A stretch of 64,000 bases of DNA, from NCBI GenBank assembly GCA_015680685.1, contig MNCI01000001.1, positions 254,524 to 318,523 on the forward strand. The letters run 5' to 3'. The translations under genes were made by a program, and so were the position numbers. Each line of letters starts with the position of its first letter. The first letter of the stretch is position 1. The notes under the pieces were generated by a model. That model was not told the origin of the DNA. It saw only the letters and a list, made by a program, of their open reading frames with translations, and made no database searches. The DNA is from Gnetum montanum (Eukaryota; Plantae; Gnetophyta). Shown here one piece after another: positions 52,942 to 64,000 of the stretch.

Positions 52942-55900
52942 TCAGCATAGGTGGCCATCTCCCCCATGACTGAGTTGTAAGGGAGAGATCCAAAATAATG
53001 AGCACCTATTTGAATTTCTAAGAAGTGACCAACTTCTCCCAATTGATGATCTTAGATTAAGGGGTGGAAGTTGGTGACGCTCAGATTTCAATGTGTCTAT
53101 GCCTTTGTTGTTGGCATGGGTTTCCTCAGTTCGTTCCATGCACATTTTTCTGCTCCTTCGAGCTGTCAACCACGGGGTGTCTACTACTGGTTGTGTGGTT
53201 GCTACATTCAGGCATCTTTGGTTTAAAGTTTCTTGGGCACACCTATTACATGGAGACATTTCCTCCATGTCATCACCCGATGAATCGCTATATGTAATGC
53301 ATGGAACTTTCCTCTTCTCGATCTTTTCACATATGTTTATCTTAGAGATTTCCAAGGAAAGATCATGGATCCTAAGGCATGCATCTACTGTACTAAGCCA
53401 CGCCCTTCCCATTATAATTGGGAAGTTCCCTTCATTGTTTTTCACTTCAATCACCAGAAAATTAGCTGGGTAAGACCAACCACACACTATGGTAATGACA
53501 TCCTCCACCAATCCCAAGGGAATGGTGATGGACTAGTCTGCCTGCTCTAGTTGAATGTTGCTCTTCTTGAGTTGGGGCAAGTTCTAGGCATGATACATCG
53601 CTCATGAAATTAAGTTGACTTTAGAACCTAAGTCAAGAAGAGCTCTATGTGGTTTATTTCCGATGATCTGCAAATAGATTAAGGGACTCCCATGGTCAGT
53701 TAGTTTCCTAGGAAGGTGGCCTACCTTGATCCAATCAATTACTGTATGTGTTAACATAACTATATGCGTTATGCTCTGTTGGACTGAAGGGTGCTCCGAG
53801 GTGTTAGATGGTGATGGAGGAGTGTACATGGCCTCAACCGCTTGTTGTTGCGAGAGTTTTTCTGGGCTTTTGGTTCTGAAGTAAGGTCTTCTCTTTTTAC
53901 AATTATCAGAACTAGCAACAGGTTGGATATTTACAGCTCTTGCAGCATGACATTGTTGTGGTTGAGGAGGAAGTTCCTCTTGCATTGTTGGAGAAGGAGG
54001 TGTTATGGGAACTACTCATGGTGGAAGAGGTGCAGATGGATTAGGAGGATGGAACGAGTGTGAGATGTCTCCTAGAGGAGAAGGACTCCTTCTGAAGTAC
54101 TCCTGAACTTGGTAGTGATGGTTGGGGGTTGAGTGATCCATAAATTCACTTGGAGAAATCGGCTGCTACACATAATAACCATAAGGATCAGGCTGCCGGT
54201 AAGGGTACTATTGTGTTGGCGGTGGCATCCCCCATGACTGTGGGTACTACCACTACTGATGCTATCCGATGGGCTATGGCGGAGTTCCACTTGGTTAATA
54301 CGTTAAGGATTGGTGGAACTGCCTTGGGTTACCTTATGGATAAGGTAACCTACGGGGTGTTTTTCGTTGGTTGAGTCTTGGATTAAGCGCATACACCCCA
54401 GACTCTTGTAGATGTGAGATGATGGGGCAACATCCCTTAGGATGTTCATAGTAGCAGATCCCACATCTACTATCATCATCTGAATCCGAATCCTCAGCCA
54501 CATTGGAGTTAGTGATTTTTCCCTTATCCTTGTTATGTGCAGGGCCTAAATCTCTCCACTTTTTCTTACCTTTGTCACTACCTTGTTCTACCTTAGACTC
54601 TTCTATAATTTTCAAGACTATTTCAATTCTTGAATCTAAGGAATCCCACATTCGGTCTACTTTGGTTGATACCTTGGTTGTTAATTTTTGGATCGGAAAA
54701 GTTTTTCGATTCACCAACTCTTCGATTGGTGACTNNNNNNNNNNNNNNNNNNNNNNNNNNNNNNNNNNNNNNNNNNNNNNNNNNNNNNNNNNNNNNNNNN
54801 NNNNNNNNNNNNNNNNNNNTGAGCGTACCCATGGCCCGGGCAACGATGTAACAATGTGTAATAGTGGGCCATGGCAACATCCAAGGGTTCGTGTGTACCT
54901 TGCTTCCAGCTTTGGATCTGCTTATGAAAATTGGACACTCTGGAGTACGTTTGATACTTTTCATTGAACAGTTCTAGCATCGTACTCCACCTCCTAATGG
55001 TTTTCGGTTCTAAGGATCGGTACCAGCTCTCTACTTCTTTGGTGAGTGTCCTTGGGAACAACTTAAGTTTCTACCACTCATTGTCTATATTTTGCAAGGC
55101 ACAGGCATCATGGAATTCCTGTAAATGATTTTGCGGATTAGCATTGTATCCCCCTTCAAACCGTGGGATGTTGTTCATGTCTAATCATTTGATCCGACTA
55201 TCCTTTAAACGCCTTGTGGGAATCCTAACTGCCTCCATTATGTCAAGCATACTTCAATTTGTGAGTAGGGGCTCATCATGATTATCTCTTTCATGATGCC
55301 TGTGATGTCTGCGTTGTTCCCTACTCTCCCTACGTCCTTGCCCTTGTCCTATCTCTCGACCTTTCTGTCGAGGTCTTTCATCCTTTTTACTGTTATCCTC
55401 ACCCTTGTGTTCATGGTGGCTACGCCTAGATGTGGAAGGAGAGGATGAATGATGGGAAGAAGGGGAAGAAGAAGGGGAACCATCGCCATGATGATGTTTC
55501 CTACCTTCTCTTCAGCTGCTACGGCCCCGATCGTTGTGACGATCAAAGTGCTCGTCCTTAGCATGAGTGGTTGTTCCCTTTGTGAACAACTGGTGTTCAT
55601 GGGTATCAGAACCAGGGATATGTATCATTGATCATAAGTTTTGATACTCATCCTCTTCACCATCATTAGGAGGGGGAACATCCTTTGCTAAAGAACCCAT
55701 GGTAAAGGGTTCCTCGTCTCAGATTTCACTAAGGACATGTAGGGCTTTGTCCTTCAGAAAGGCATGTTGACTCTCCTGCCTTAAATCTCTCATACATTGG
55801 GCATCTGTGGGATAATAATCCCTCATGTCAAAATCTTCCACAACGTATTCTGCGAAATGCTTGTGCATGCCAATCTGTACCAAGGCACGGAAAAGCATGC

Positions 55901-56129
55901 AAGAGATTGATCAATTTGGGGGTAACACAATGTTACCTTGCAAATCTCTCCATCACAGTTGCTCATCCTAATGGAGAACAAAAGTAAAATCTAAAATATA
56001 CTCATCAGGATGAGTATATGTCATCTTATATTGTTGAGGCACTAGTTGATTTTGGTTATGCTTTTTATCTTGCCGACTGTCTCGTGTGTGGTCCTTAGGT
56101 GGTGAGTTGCTCTTATGAGAAGAAGGCAT
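52942..56129 (-). pseudogene. Element C gag-protease, fused to the pol C-terminal tail
   Basis: FPRTLTKEVESWYRSLEP, CGICYYEHPKGCC, ALLDLGSKVNLI, FPIIMGRAWLSTV; ORF ends CSLFWISPLQLSHGGDGHLC. Confidence 0.88.
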
Positions 56130-56250
56130 TTTTTATCGGTGTGCTAAATTCACCATTATATAATTTTTATTTGATTAACCTAAAGGTTTGTTAAGGCTTA
56201 CAATGATGTGAGTGATATCCCTTATGTTCTATTCGGCGCACAAACACTTA

Positions 56251-56269
56251 GTCCCTAGCAACGGTGCCT
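56251..56269 (-). promoter_or_regulatory. PBS (tRNA-Asp type) of element C
   Basis: Minus strand AGGCACCGTTGCTAGGGAC next to the LTR end. Confidence 0.85.
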
Positions 56270-56270
56270 A

Positions 56271-57185
56271 TGATGAGTGGCGAGGTACCCCTACACTCAA
56301 CCATACAAAACAAGCATAGCATGTGCGATCCGGTTGAACTCCACACACTAAATGCCTAAGCACCCCATGGAACACTTGGGGTTAATCATTTGTTGTCTTC
56401 CCAGACTTGTTGTTATCATGGTGTATGGTTAAGTAAGTCCGAGGTATATGATTTTTTTGGTCTTATCTGGTTTTATGTCTTCTATACTAAGAGCAAAGGG
56501 TTGAGAAACTAACTAACTCTAACTAATGTCATAAGTCTAAATTAACTAGCGTCAGCATCCATTCCCACTTACTGTACACACCCTGAACTGTGCAACTACG
56601 GCTACCAAACGCTAATCGTTACTGGGATCACCACACGTAATGCACGTGCTCGAAGTGGTCGTGCAGCCAATTCCTTGACTAGCCGTACACATCCGTAGAT
56701 GCTCGTAATCAAGTCGTACTCGTCCCACGTTCTAGGAGACAAGGGGGAGAGAATCTAATCCTGATGAGTAGCCGATTCCTTGGTTAGCTGTACACATTTG
56801 TCAATGCTCGTAACCAAGTTGTACTCATGTCGCGCTAACAACAGGTAAGAAATAACATGTAATAAACCTATCCATGTATTGCAAGGTTTATCCACAAAGC
56901 TCATCTTTATTACCATACACAACTTACGTTCAGGTACAAAGATGCTCGAATAAAGAACTGTTCACTTGGGGACTCCTACTGCAGGCACATGGAAAATATT
57001 CTATCTCTGGGGTGATCAATCCGCCAGAGCTTCGCTACTTCTAGCCTAGGATTCGAAATGAGGGGAGTGCAACCTCTTATTTATAGATTTTGCAGCAGAT
57101 CGCGATATCACATAGGATGCGATATCGTGATGGCCGCGATATTGCGTACGCGATATCGTGGCTCATGCGATATCACGTCTCATCA
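56271..57185 (-). repeat. 5' LTR of element C
   Basis: TGATGA...TCATCA; colinear with 50197-51161. Confidence 0.95.
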
Positions 57186-57749
57186 GAAGGAAACTAATTA
57201 AACCATAATAACAAGAGTAGAATCACCAACATCCAATAGCCATGCACATATCAACACCCAAACCAAGCATGATCCAGTTATCCAAACAAGATGTTACCAA
57301 CTCAAAAATGTAATAAGATGATCAAAAAAATTAAAGCTTGAAAGAATGCATTTAAAAATAATATGAGAGATTAAAAGAACAAGATAAAGATTTAAAATAA
57401 CCAATGAGGAAAGCCACAAATTGATCAATATCTAGTCTAAGAAATACTTACTTATGCAAGAAAAGTATCTAATAATTGAGAACCCAAAAGAGAATACATT
57501 ATATTCAACAAGGGTATAAGATTCGTCAAGGTTATAAGAAGGTTTGGGATCAAGGAAACCAAGAACTAGATTTAACTAGAGGGCTAAACTTCATAAAAAA
57601 TAAGGTTGTTACTAAGCTAAGCTTGCAAAGGAGATGTATCTAAAAATATGAGAAAACTTAAAGAAGACATCTATAAGAGAAAAGAAATATCTATAGGAGG
57701 AAAAAGACATCTTGGACAATGTAAAGATGTCTACACTAGAGAGGGCCAA

Positions 57750-59420
57750 TGAAACACCACCAAATTTGTGCTACAACATCTTGACTATGAATTTGTCTAA
57801 GTGTCAACATGAGGAAAATTGTTTCTATGTGTTGGGACTATAGTCTCCATTACACCATAGTGTAGTTAGCTTAGTGGAGAACATAGTCAACACTAGAGGC
57901 TAGTTTTGCAAATTTTCCTAAGTGTCAAGCTAGCAACTACAAAGCATGCTTGGCATGGAAGAAAGTGCTAAGTCTATGCTCTCCACTACACTAGAGCATA
58001 GTCAAGCATAGTTAGCATGGAAGAAAAAATTTGGCAAAATTTTTTAACTATTGAGACTATGCTCTCCACCAAATTGGAGTGTAGTCAAGCGTAGATAGCA
58101 TCAAGGCCCAGTTTTTTGTAGTTTTTTCTAACTGTTGAGACTACACTCTCCACTACCTTGGAGCATAGTCAATTGGAAGCTAGATTTTGCAAAATTTCTT
58201 CTATGTGCTAGGACTATGCTCACCCCCAATCGGGAGTGTAGTCAGCCTCCCCTAGAGCATAGTTAGCAAATGACCACCTTTTTTTGAAAAATTTTGCTAG
58301 GTGTTGGACTATGCTCTTCACTAGCCCAAAGCATAGTCAAGCATAGACATGCCAAATAGCCTCCAAACGCCTTCACAATGCAACACGAGCATTCAAATCA
58401 ACTCCAACACACCTTCAATAAGTAGCATGCATCTTTTTGACATTCCCTTTTGTCCCAAAATTGTAACTATGTTTGACACCACTCGAGTTAGTGAACAGTG
58501 TAGTCTTGAAGTGAAGTCTTCAAACTTGCATTTTTTGCAATTTTTTCATGTACATTGTGGTCTTTTTGGTACATGAACATGTATTTGACAGTGTATTCAT
58601 AGTTTGGAAATTTCATAGAGTCCATTGAAGCACAATAGAGCATAAAACTATTTGCCTCAGTGGAGAGCGTAGTTGGGTGCAACATAGTCCCAACTATCCC
58701 ACTACCACATGGCAACTGATCCACATTTCATGGGAAACCTAGCCTTATAAATATCCCAGCCATCTACATTTTAGTAGTTGGCATTTTTTATGGTTGGCAT
58801 TCTTGGTATTTGGCATTTTGAAAGAACATTTGGCATCTAAGAAATGCAAGGCATCTAAACACCATTGTAATCTACCATAGATCACCATAGACCATCACAA
58901 TCCACTGCACACGATGGTGGCCTCCTAACAGGCATAAACACCATGGTAGAACATCCATCTTCATGACCAAATACCTTGATACTATGACTACACTATCTAC
59001 TACACCTATTGTACATTGCATACCTCCTCACCCCTTTTGAGATTAACTATGCTCAACCCCATTTGGCGTGGTCTTGCTTTCTCTCTTTCTATCCTCCTAT
59101 GCATCTTTAGCATTTTTCATTTGAATTTTGGCATTTTCTTTGCATTTTCACTATTTTTTATGCATAAAAACACATTAACACCCTCATTTTCAATGGAAAC
59201 CCTTAACTACAATCACCATCATTGACATCATAAACACCATGTAAACACTTTAGCACTGTTTTGGCATTGCATTCTATAAGTTCTCATGCAATTGATAAGA
59301 CCATTCTGGGCACCTCGTCTCCACCTCTAGCAGACCCTTATACAAATGAAAGGTTAAATTTCTGCACTCATGAACCTCTCAGTGTTCCCATTCTAGCCTC
59401 TAACATTTTTAGTTGCTATA
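57750..59420 (+). repeat. LTR of element G
   Basis: Same start motif as the D and F LTRs; TATA (CTTATAAATA) at ~58744; PBS follows. The partner LTR is outside the window. Confidence 0.7.
57836..58338. repeat. Array of six 32-bp inverted-repeat units GACTAYGCTCTCCAC-N-GGAGYRTAGTC in the G LTR
   Basis: Copies start at 57836, 57972, 58055, 58139, 58212 and 58307. Confidence 0.8.
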
Positions 59421-59922
59421 GTTTTTTCATGCTAGAAGTAGAGCCAAATCTATTTCCCTCTTTCAAACTCTATTGGTTGTTGCCTCACATGCTCTGGGCT
59501 AGCATAGACTAAACACCCCTATGGACCTACCTTGTGTAGTAGCTATATCTTAGGCTAGTGTAGGTGTTGTCTATAAACTAGTTGGTGTAGATTGGACCCC
59601 ATTGTCAGTTTCCCTGAAACCCCACGTAGCAACCCCAAAGAATCCTTCCCTACACTTAGCTAATTTCTAGGCACTCTCAGTGGAGAGTGTAGTTGGCTCT
59701 CAATGTGGAGAGCATAGTCTCTAGACTTAGCCATTTTTCATGATTTTCAACACTTAGCCATTTTCTCCAAAGTTAGTCAATTTTTTACAATTTTCATACT
59801 TAGTCATTTTTCTTTCAATTATCACCATGAACTCTAAACAACCTTCTACATCAGTCCTAAGCACACTCACTATCTTGCCTTCCTAGCAAGAAAATAAGAT
59901 TAACCACCCTATCAGTCCTACC

Positions 59923-62900
59923 ATGGCAAAGCCAAGGTACTCCCTTAGGTTGTGTCATCAAGATCCCAAATACACAATGCTCAATGATGAGTAGCACAAC
60001 TTCATATACGTGAAAATTCATGTGGGTCTATTCATAGACCTCTAAGATATGGAGGCCAAGCAAGGTTACAAGCTCATCAATCGAAATGGATGGAAGTACG
60101 TCCCTTCCTTTGTTGACTTCATTCCATTGACTGAGCCTTATCGGTGGATGCTTGCTCACCTCATCAGAATAAGTGAGTGTGAGGTAGGGATAGATTATGA
60201 GGAACCCTTGCAAGAAGAGTAGGATGAGTTCAAGCTTAATCTGATCATGAGAACTCTTTTCATATCTCCTTCAAGTAGACAACCCTTGATCTGGTCCCTT
60301 CACAATCTTGTCCACCTATCTTCTTGGAGATAGTAATAGCTCCATTGTCATCCTCTAGGTTGACACCTATGGTGGCAACCCACTAAACACAGTACACATG
60401 CTAGGATGCAATACCTCCCATCAATGTGCCCTTTATGGTATAGTCATAGCCTGCCCAACCATCCCTACCAACAACCATCATGCCTACTCAATCCTATGTG
60501 AACATCATGTATATTCCTTAGCCGCAAATGACTCAGGCATCTTATGTCCTACTTGTTTCATCTACATCTTTGGCAGTAGTCCAACTCATGCATATGTGAT
60601 TTTCCTCGATCACTATGCCTACAGTGTAGCCTATGCAACAAGCATCCTACATGATCCCACAACCCACAGCTAGATCATGGGCCATCTAAATGGCACAATG
60701 GGTGGCACAACTGACATAGCTTACTGCTACATCTCAAGGCTTGGATCAAGCATTCCAACTAATCCAAATCATAATATAAGAGTTCAAGTAGCTCAAAGCT
60801 ACCTCCTCTGAAATAGTACACATGGTGGACTTCTACCAGGATGATCCCATAAGTCTTGTTGTTTCACCATTGACTCTCCCAACAGGAATCCCACTTTCTC
60901 ACTTCATGAAGTACAATGATGCATGGTATCCTAACACTCACCTTGTGACTTTTCAATTTGAATTCTTGCTACTACAAGCATGGCCACACACCATCATACA
61001 TGTGTTTTTCATGTCCCTTATCAGCAAGGCACTTGATTGGTACTGGGAATTACCTAGGGCCTCCATCTCCTCTCTAGAGGATCTACTTAGTTAATTCATC
61101 ACACGATTCACGTATAACTTGAAGGAAAAAACCACTCTTGACCAACTAATGCAAATCAAGTAGGGCCATCAAAGCCCATGTAGAAATTTATCCAATGCTC
61201 AAGTTCTTCACTGAATGAAATCCATAAGCCAATCACTAAAACACACTTTTTGGCAATCTTCAAGGGTGTAGTCAATGACTTTATTAAGTCAAAACTATAC
61301 TATCTAGCACTACAATCCCTAAACCAAGCATTTACACAAACAAAGAGCATACAAGACATAGTGGAAGCTAGCAAGGACCTAGCCTATGTGGACTATAACA
61401 ACTTATACATGAAAAAGGACAAGTGCAAGGGCAAATAAGCTACAACTATGGCAATTTTGGTGAATGAAGCCAAATCCACTAATCCAAAGCTGATAGCCAA
61501 GCCACCCAAGGCCCTGGCCAACAAGAAGACTGATGGCCCTAGCATTGTAACAACAAAGAAATATACATCATCTACAACCATAACACAAGTGGCTTCGAGG
61601 CCCAATTTTGAGCACAAGGATCACTCAAAGTATACCCCATTGACCCTTAAATCGTTGAAACTCCTAGACCAACTGCTCAAGGCTAGACAAATCCAGTACA
61701 AGTAGATGTTCGAGGACACTTGCAAAAGACATTATAGATATTTTAAGCTCTTGAGAAATCCCTCAGCTACAACCCCAGATGAGCCTCTAGTCCCTAAGCA
61801 CTTTAGGATAGATTGGTTTTTCCACTATCGTTAGTTTCATAGCCACAACACTAACTTTTGCATGGCCCAATAGAATGACTTACAAAAGATGATTGATAGG
61901 GATGAGATGGTGCTTAACACCACTAACCTAGTTCACCCACAGAACCAATCGATGATGGTATATAAGGATCCATTGAATGTAGATGATGCAAGGTACGTCA
62001 TCAACACCATCAGCATTGATGATAACCCAAAACCAGTGTAGCAACCATTCGTGGTCCACATGTCATTTGGCAACATAGGGGCCCCTCAGCCTCCACTAGT
62101 TTGAGGTTCCCTTTTATCATTAAAGTGCTACTTCAAGTTCCCACAAAACCTTTTGTGTTTAGGATCCCACAGCACATTGCAATAGCAACAACCCTATCAT
62201 CCTTTGTCATTAGAGTTCCACAACATGCTTGTTCTTCCCCTACCCATAGTTCAATGATGGGTAATGCATTAATCCCTACCCATCCAAGATTCCATCCTAT
62301 AGGCAATGCTAACAACCCATATAGAGGGCAATCCAAGAGGCCTAATGAGTGGATATCTAATAAAATGCTTAGACAACATCAAGAGCAGAGAGCGCTAGGT
62401 CTGCCAAAACTAGTTTCCTTTTTGGTAGTCCCCATGGCCAAATCAACCGAAGAGGCCACTACTAGAAAGCCACAATTGAGCATTGAGGCTCCTAAACAAG
62501 CTAGGTAGATTAAGCCTAAATCTCCTTTGCAAGAGATCCATCTCCTAGGATGTATGAAGGAGGTCAAGGCCAACAAAATGATAGATAATGACAAAGACTT
62601 TCTACATGCATTAGCCTAGGTGAAGTAAGCCTTAAAGTAGAAAAACATAATGTTGAGCCTATATGACCTCATTATGACCTCCTCTACCCACTGTGAAGTG
62701 ATAGTATGCATTTTGACCTCCATTCCTATCAAAGAAGACATCCTAGCTGATGAACACTCCATCCATGCTATGATGTTACCTCCTACATTCCAAAAATCAA
62801 GCTCAACACCCTTAGCATTTTGTGATGAGGTAATTAAGGTTGACCCTGACAAGGGTCAGGTCATCACAGTGTCCATGTTTATCATAATACACATTGGGCA

Positions 62901-63522
62901 ATGTAAGGTCTATAGGGTGCATGTCAACAATGGGGTAGCAACAAACATCATCCCATACACCATCATTGACAAACTAGGCCTAGCTAAGTAGATCAAGCCC
63001 ACAAAAACAACGTGCCTAAAGTCCTTTAATAGATCACACATTGTCATTAGTGGCATCTTCATGATAGCCTTCATGGTAGGGAAATAATTCTCCACAACTA
63101 TTGAATTCATCATGATAGAGGAAATGTTAGGCTTCTACCTGATCTTGGGTAGGCCATGTCTAGCCCAGTTATAGGCCATCTCCTCTTCCATCCACCAAGA
63201 AATCCACCTTCTATATGAAGGTGGTGAGGTAATTATCCATGGCAACAATGCAAACCCTATAGCCATTAACAACATTGACATAGAGCAAGGGTCAGAGGTG
63301 GAGTTCCTTGATGATGCACCCACAGTGAAGGACGATAGCGAAACACATGAGGCTAAACCACTTGAGTTAGCAGAAGAAACCAGTGGCCTCCGAGAGGTCA
63401 CTTTATGTGTTGAATTACCCTTTAACATAGTAAATGAAGGTCAAGGGGAGTACCATATAGTATCATCTAGGCCCTATAGGCTCCCTAACCCACACCGAGC
63501 TAGGAAGCAACTGCGTGACTAA
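59923..63522 (+). pseudogene. Element G gag-protease, decayed
   Basis: FEFLLLQAWPHT..SLISKALDWYWELPRASISSLEDL; VNNGVATNIIP; YLILGRP. Confidence 0.85.
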
Positions 63523-64000
63523 AGCATCCCCTTAGTCCAACATGTGCTAAGTGCCTACCTACCCTTTGCTTGTACATTTAGCCATGCATTTCATTTTTTG
63601 CTTACATTGGATTTTTCTATGCATTTACATTTAGCTTTATTTCCTAGACTATGCATTGTCCACTTTTTTTATGTATTTGTTTGCTTTGTTTATGCATTTT
63701 TCTTAGTTTACGTAGTTACTTGTTTAGTTTACCCTTCATAGTTGTTAACTTACACATGAAAAACATAAAAACAAATAAAATCGAAAAAGCTAAAATCATA
63801 AAAAAGAGAAATAGCATCACTATGGCTTGCCATGGACTTAAACTACTAATGTGTGGCCCGAAATGGCCTAAAACTATCACTATGATCCACCATGGCCTTA
63901 AACTAGTGACTCGTGGCCTAGAATGGCCTAAAACTACCATGCCTCATTTCCTAACTCGCAACTTGAAATGGCCTTAAACTAGAAATCATCATGGCCCAAA

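Larger units (their letters stand above)
50197..57185 (-). mobile_element. Element C: Athila-like gag+protease element with both LTRs (non-autonomous)
   Basis: LTRs at 50197-51161 and 56271-57185; perfect TSD GAAGG (50192-50196 and 57186-57190); PBS AGGCACCGTTGCTAGGGAC; PPT AGTCATGGGGGTA (51162-51174). Confidence 0.95.
1..57600 (-). mobile_element. Element E: degenerate Ty3/gypsy chromovirus (Tekay/Del lineage), outermost host of the nest; right boundary approximate
   Basis: Minus-strand gag (FHKLKPPTFQDEKDP..KWLDNILKIF, ~48400), RT (GTNTPTVFMHFINN..., ~46600), FLGLAGYCRRFINNFS (~4400), VVVDALS (~3900), integrase C-terminus and chromodomain (MHDMFHI..NYVPDNSHVVDW..KVKVLW, ~1600-1950) occur in the correct order. 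The RT reading continues across the D insertion (46354 to 4507). Confidence 0.75.
57750..64000 (+). mobile_element. Element G: Tat/Ogre-like gag-protease element (continues beyond window)
   Basis: LTR start TGAAACACCACC; LTR end ~59420 followed by decayed PBS (CATGCTAGAAGTAGAG); gag-PR paralogous to D and F. Confidence 0.8.

Noticed and set aside
48780-57620. Precise 5' LTR and tRNA-Met PBS of element E
   Set aside because: No recognisable TGGTATCAGAGC and no convincing alignment to 1-1503 by eye; boundaries left unresolved.
57836-58338. CRISPR-like array (32-bp palindromic repeats with spacers)
   Set aside because: Repeats are degenerate, the spacers resemble each other and vary in length, there are no cas genes, and the array lies inside a plant LTR.
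46922-63977. Hydrophobic F/L/I-rich short ORFs (46922, 48724, 52686, 59016, 63544) as membrane proteins
   Set aside because: Products of A/T-skewed non-coding element regions with no recognisable motifs.

Overview
AT-rich, strongly CpG/CHG-depleted plant intergenic DNA made almost entirely of decayed, nested Ty3/gypsy LTR retrotransposons. It looks like a large, heavily methylated land-plant genome, but the species cannot be determined from sequence alone. No intact host gene, RNA gene or CRISPR array is supported. LTR ends, PBS/PPT motifs and 5-bp target-site duplications (TSDs) resolve a six-level nest: Tekay/Del chromovirus E (- strand, spans ~1-57.6 kb) > Tat/Ogre-like gag-protease element D (4508-46353, TSD ATAGC/CTAGC) > Athila-like element B (14901-43708, TSD ATTAC) > Tat/Ogre-like element F (from 21355, 3' end lost) > Athila-like gag-only element A (21676-29273, TSD CCAAT) > probable solo LTR (~25693-27024). 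Further insertions are a solo LTR (2802-3733, TSD ATACC), an Athila-like gag-protease element C (50197-57185, TSD GAAGG) and a third Tat/Ogre-like element G (57750 to window end). The most notable observation is that the 3' region of F carries two intron-less host-gene fragments back to back: a NIPA-family Mg2+ transporter fragment (- strand) and a CBS-CBS-PB1 (CBSCBSPB) retrocopy (+ strand). Both have anomalies that resemble alternative-splice isoforms. Also notable: four complete-enough elements (plus probably G) lack RT/RH/INT; a PPT-like AGTCATGGGGG motif recurs 3-4 times per Athila element; each LTR family has its own palindromic motif array; and B and C share an unexplained N-terminal Gag domain. 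All alignments were done by eye, and coordinates marked ~ are approximate.
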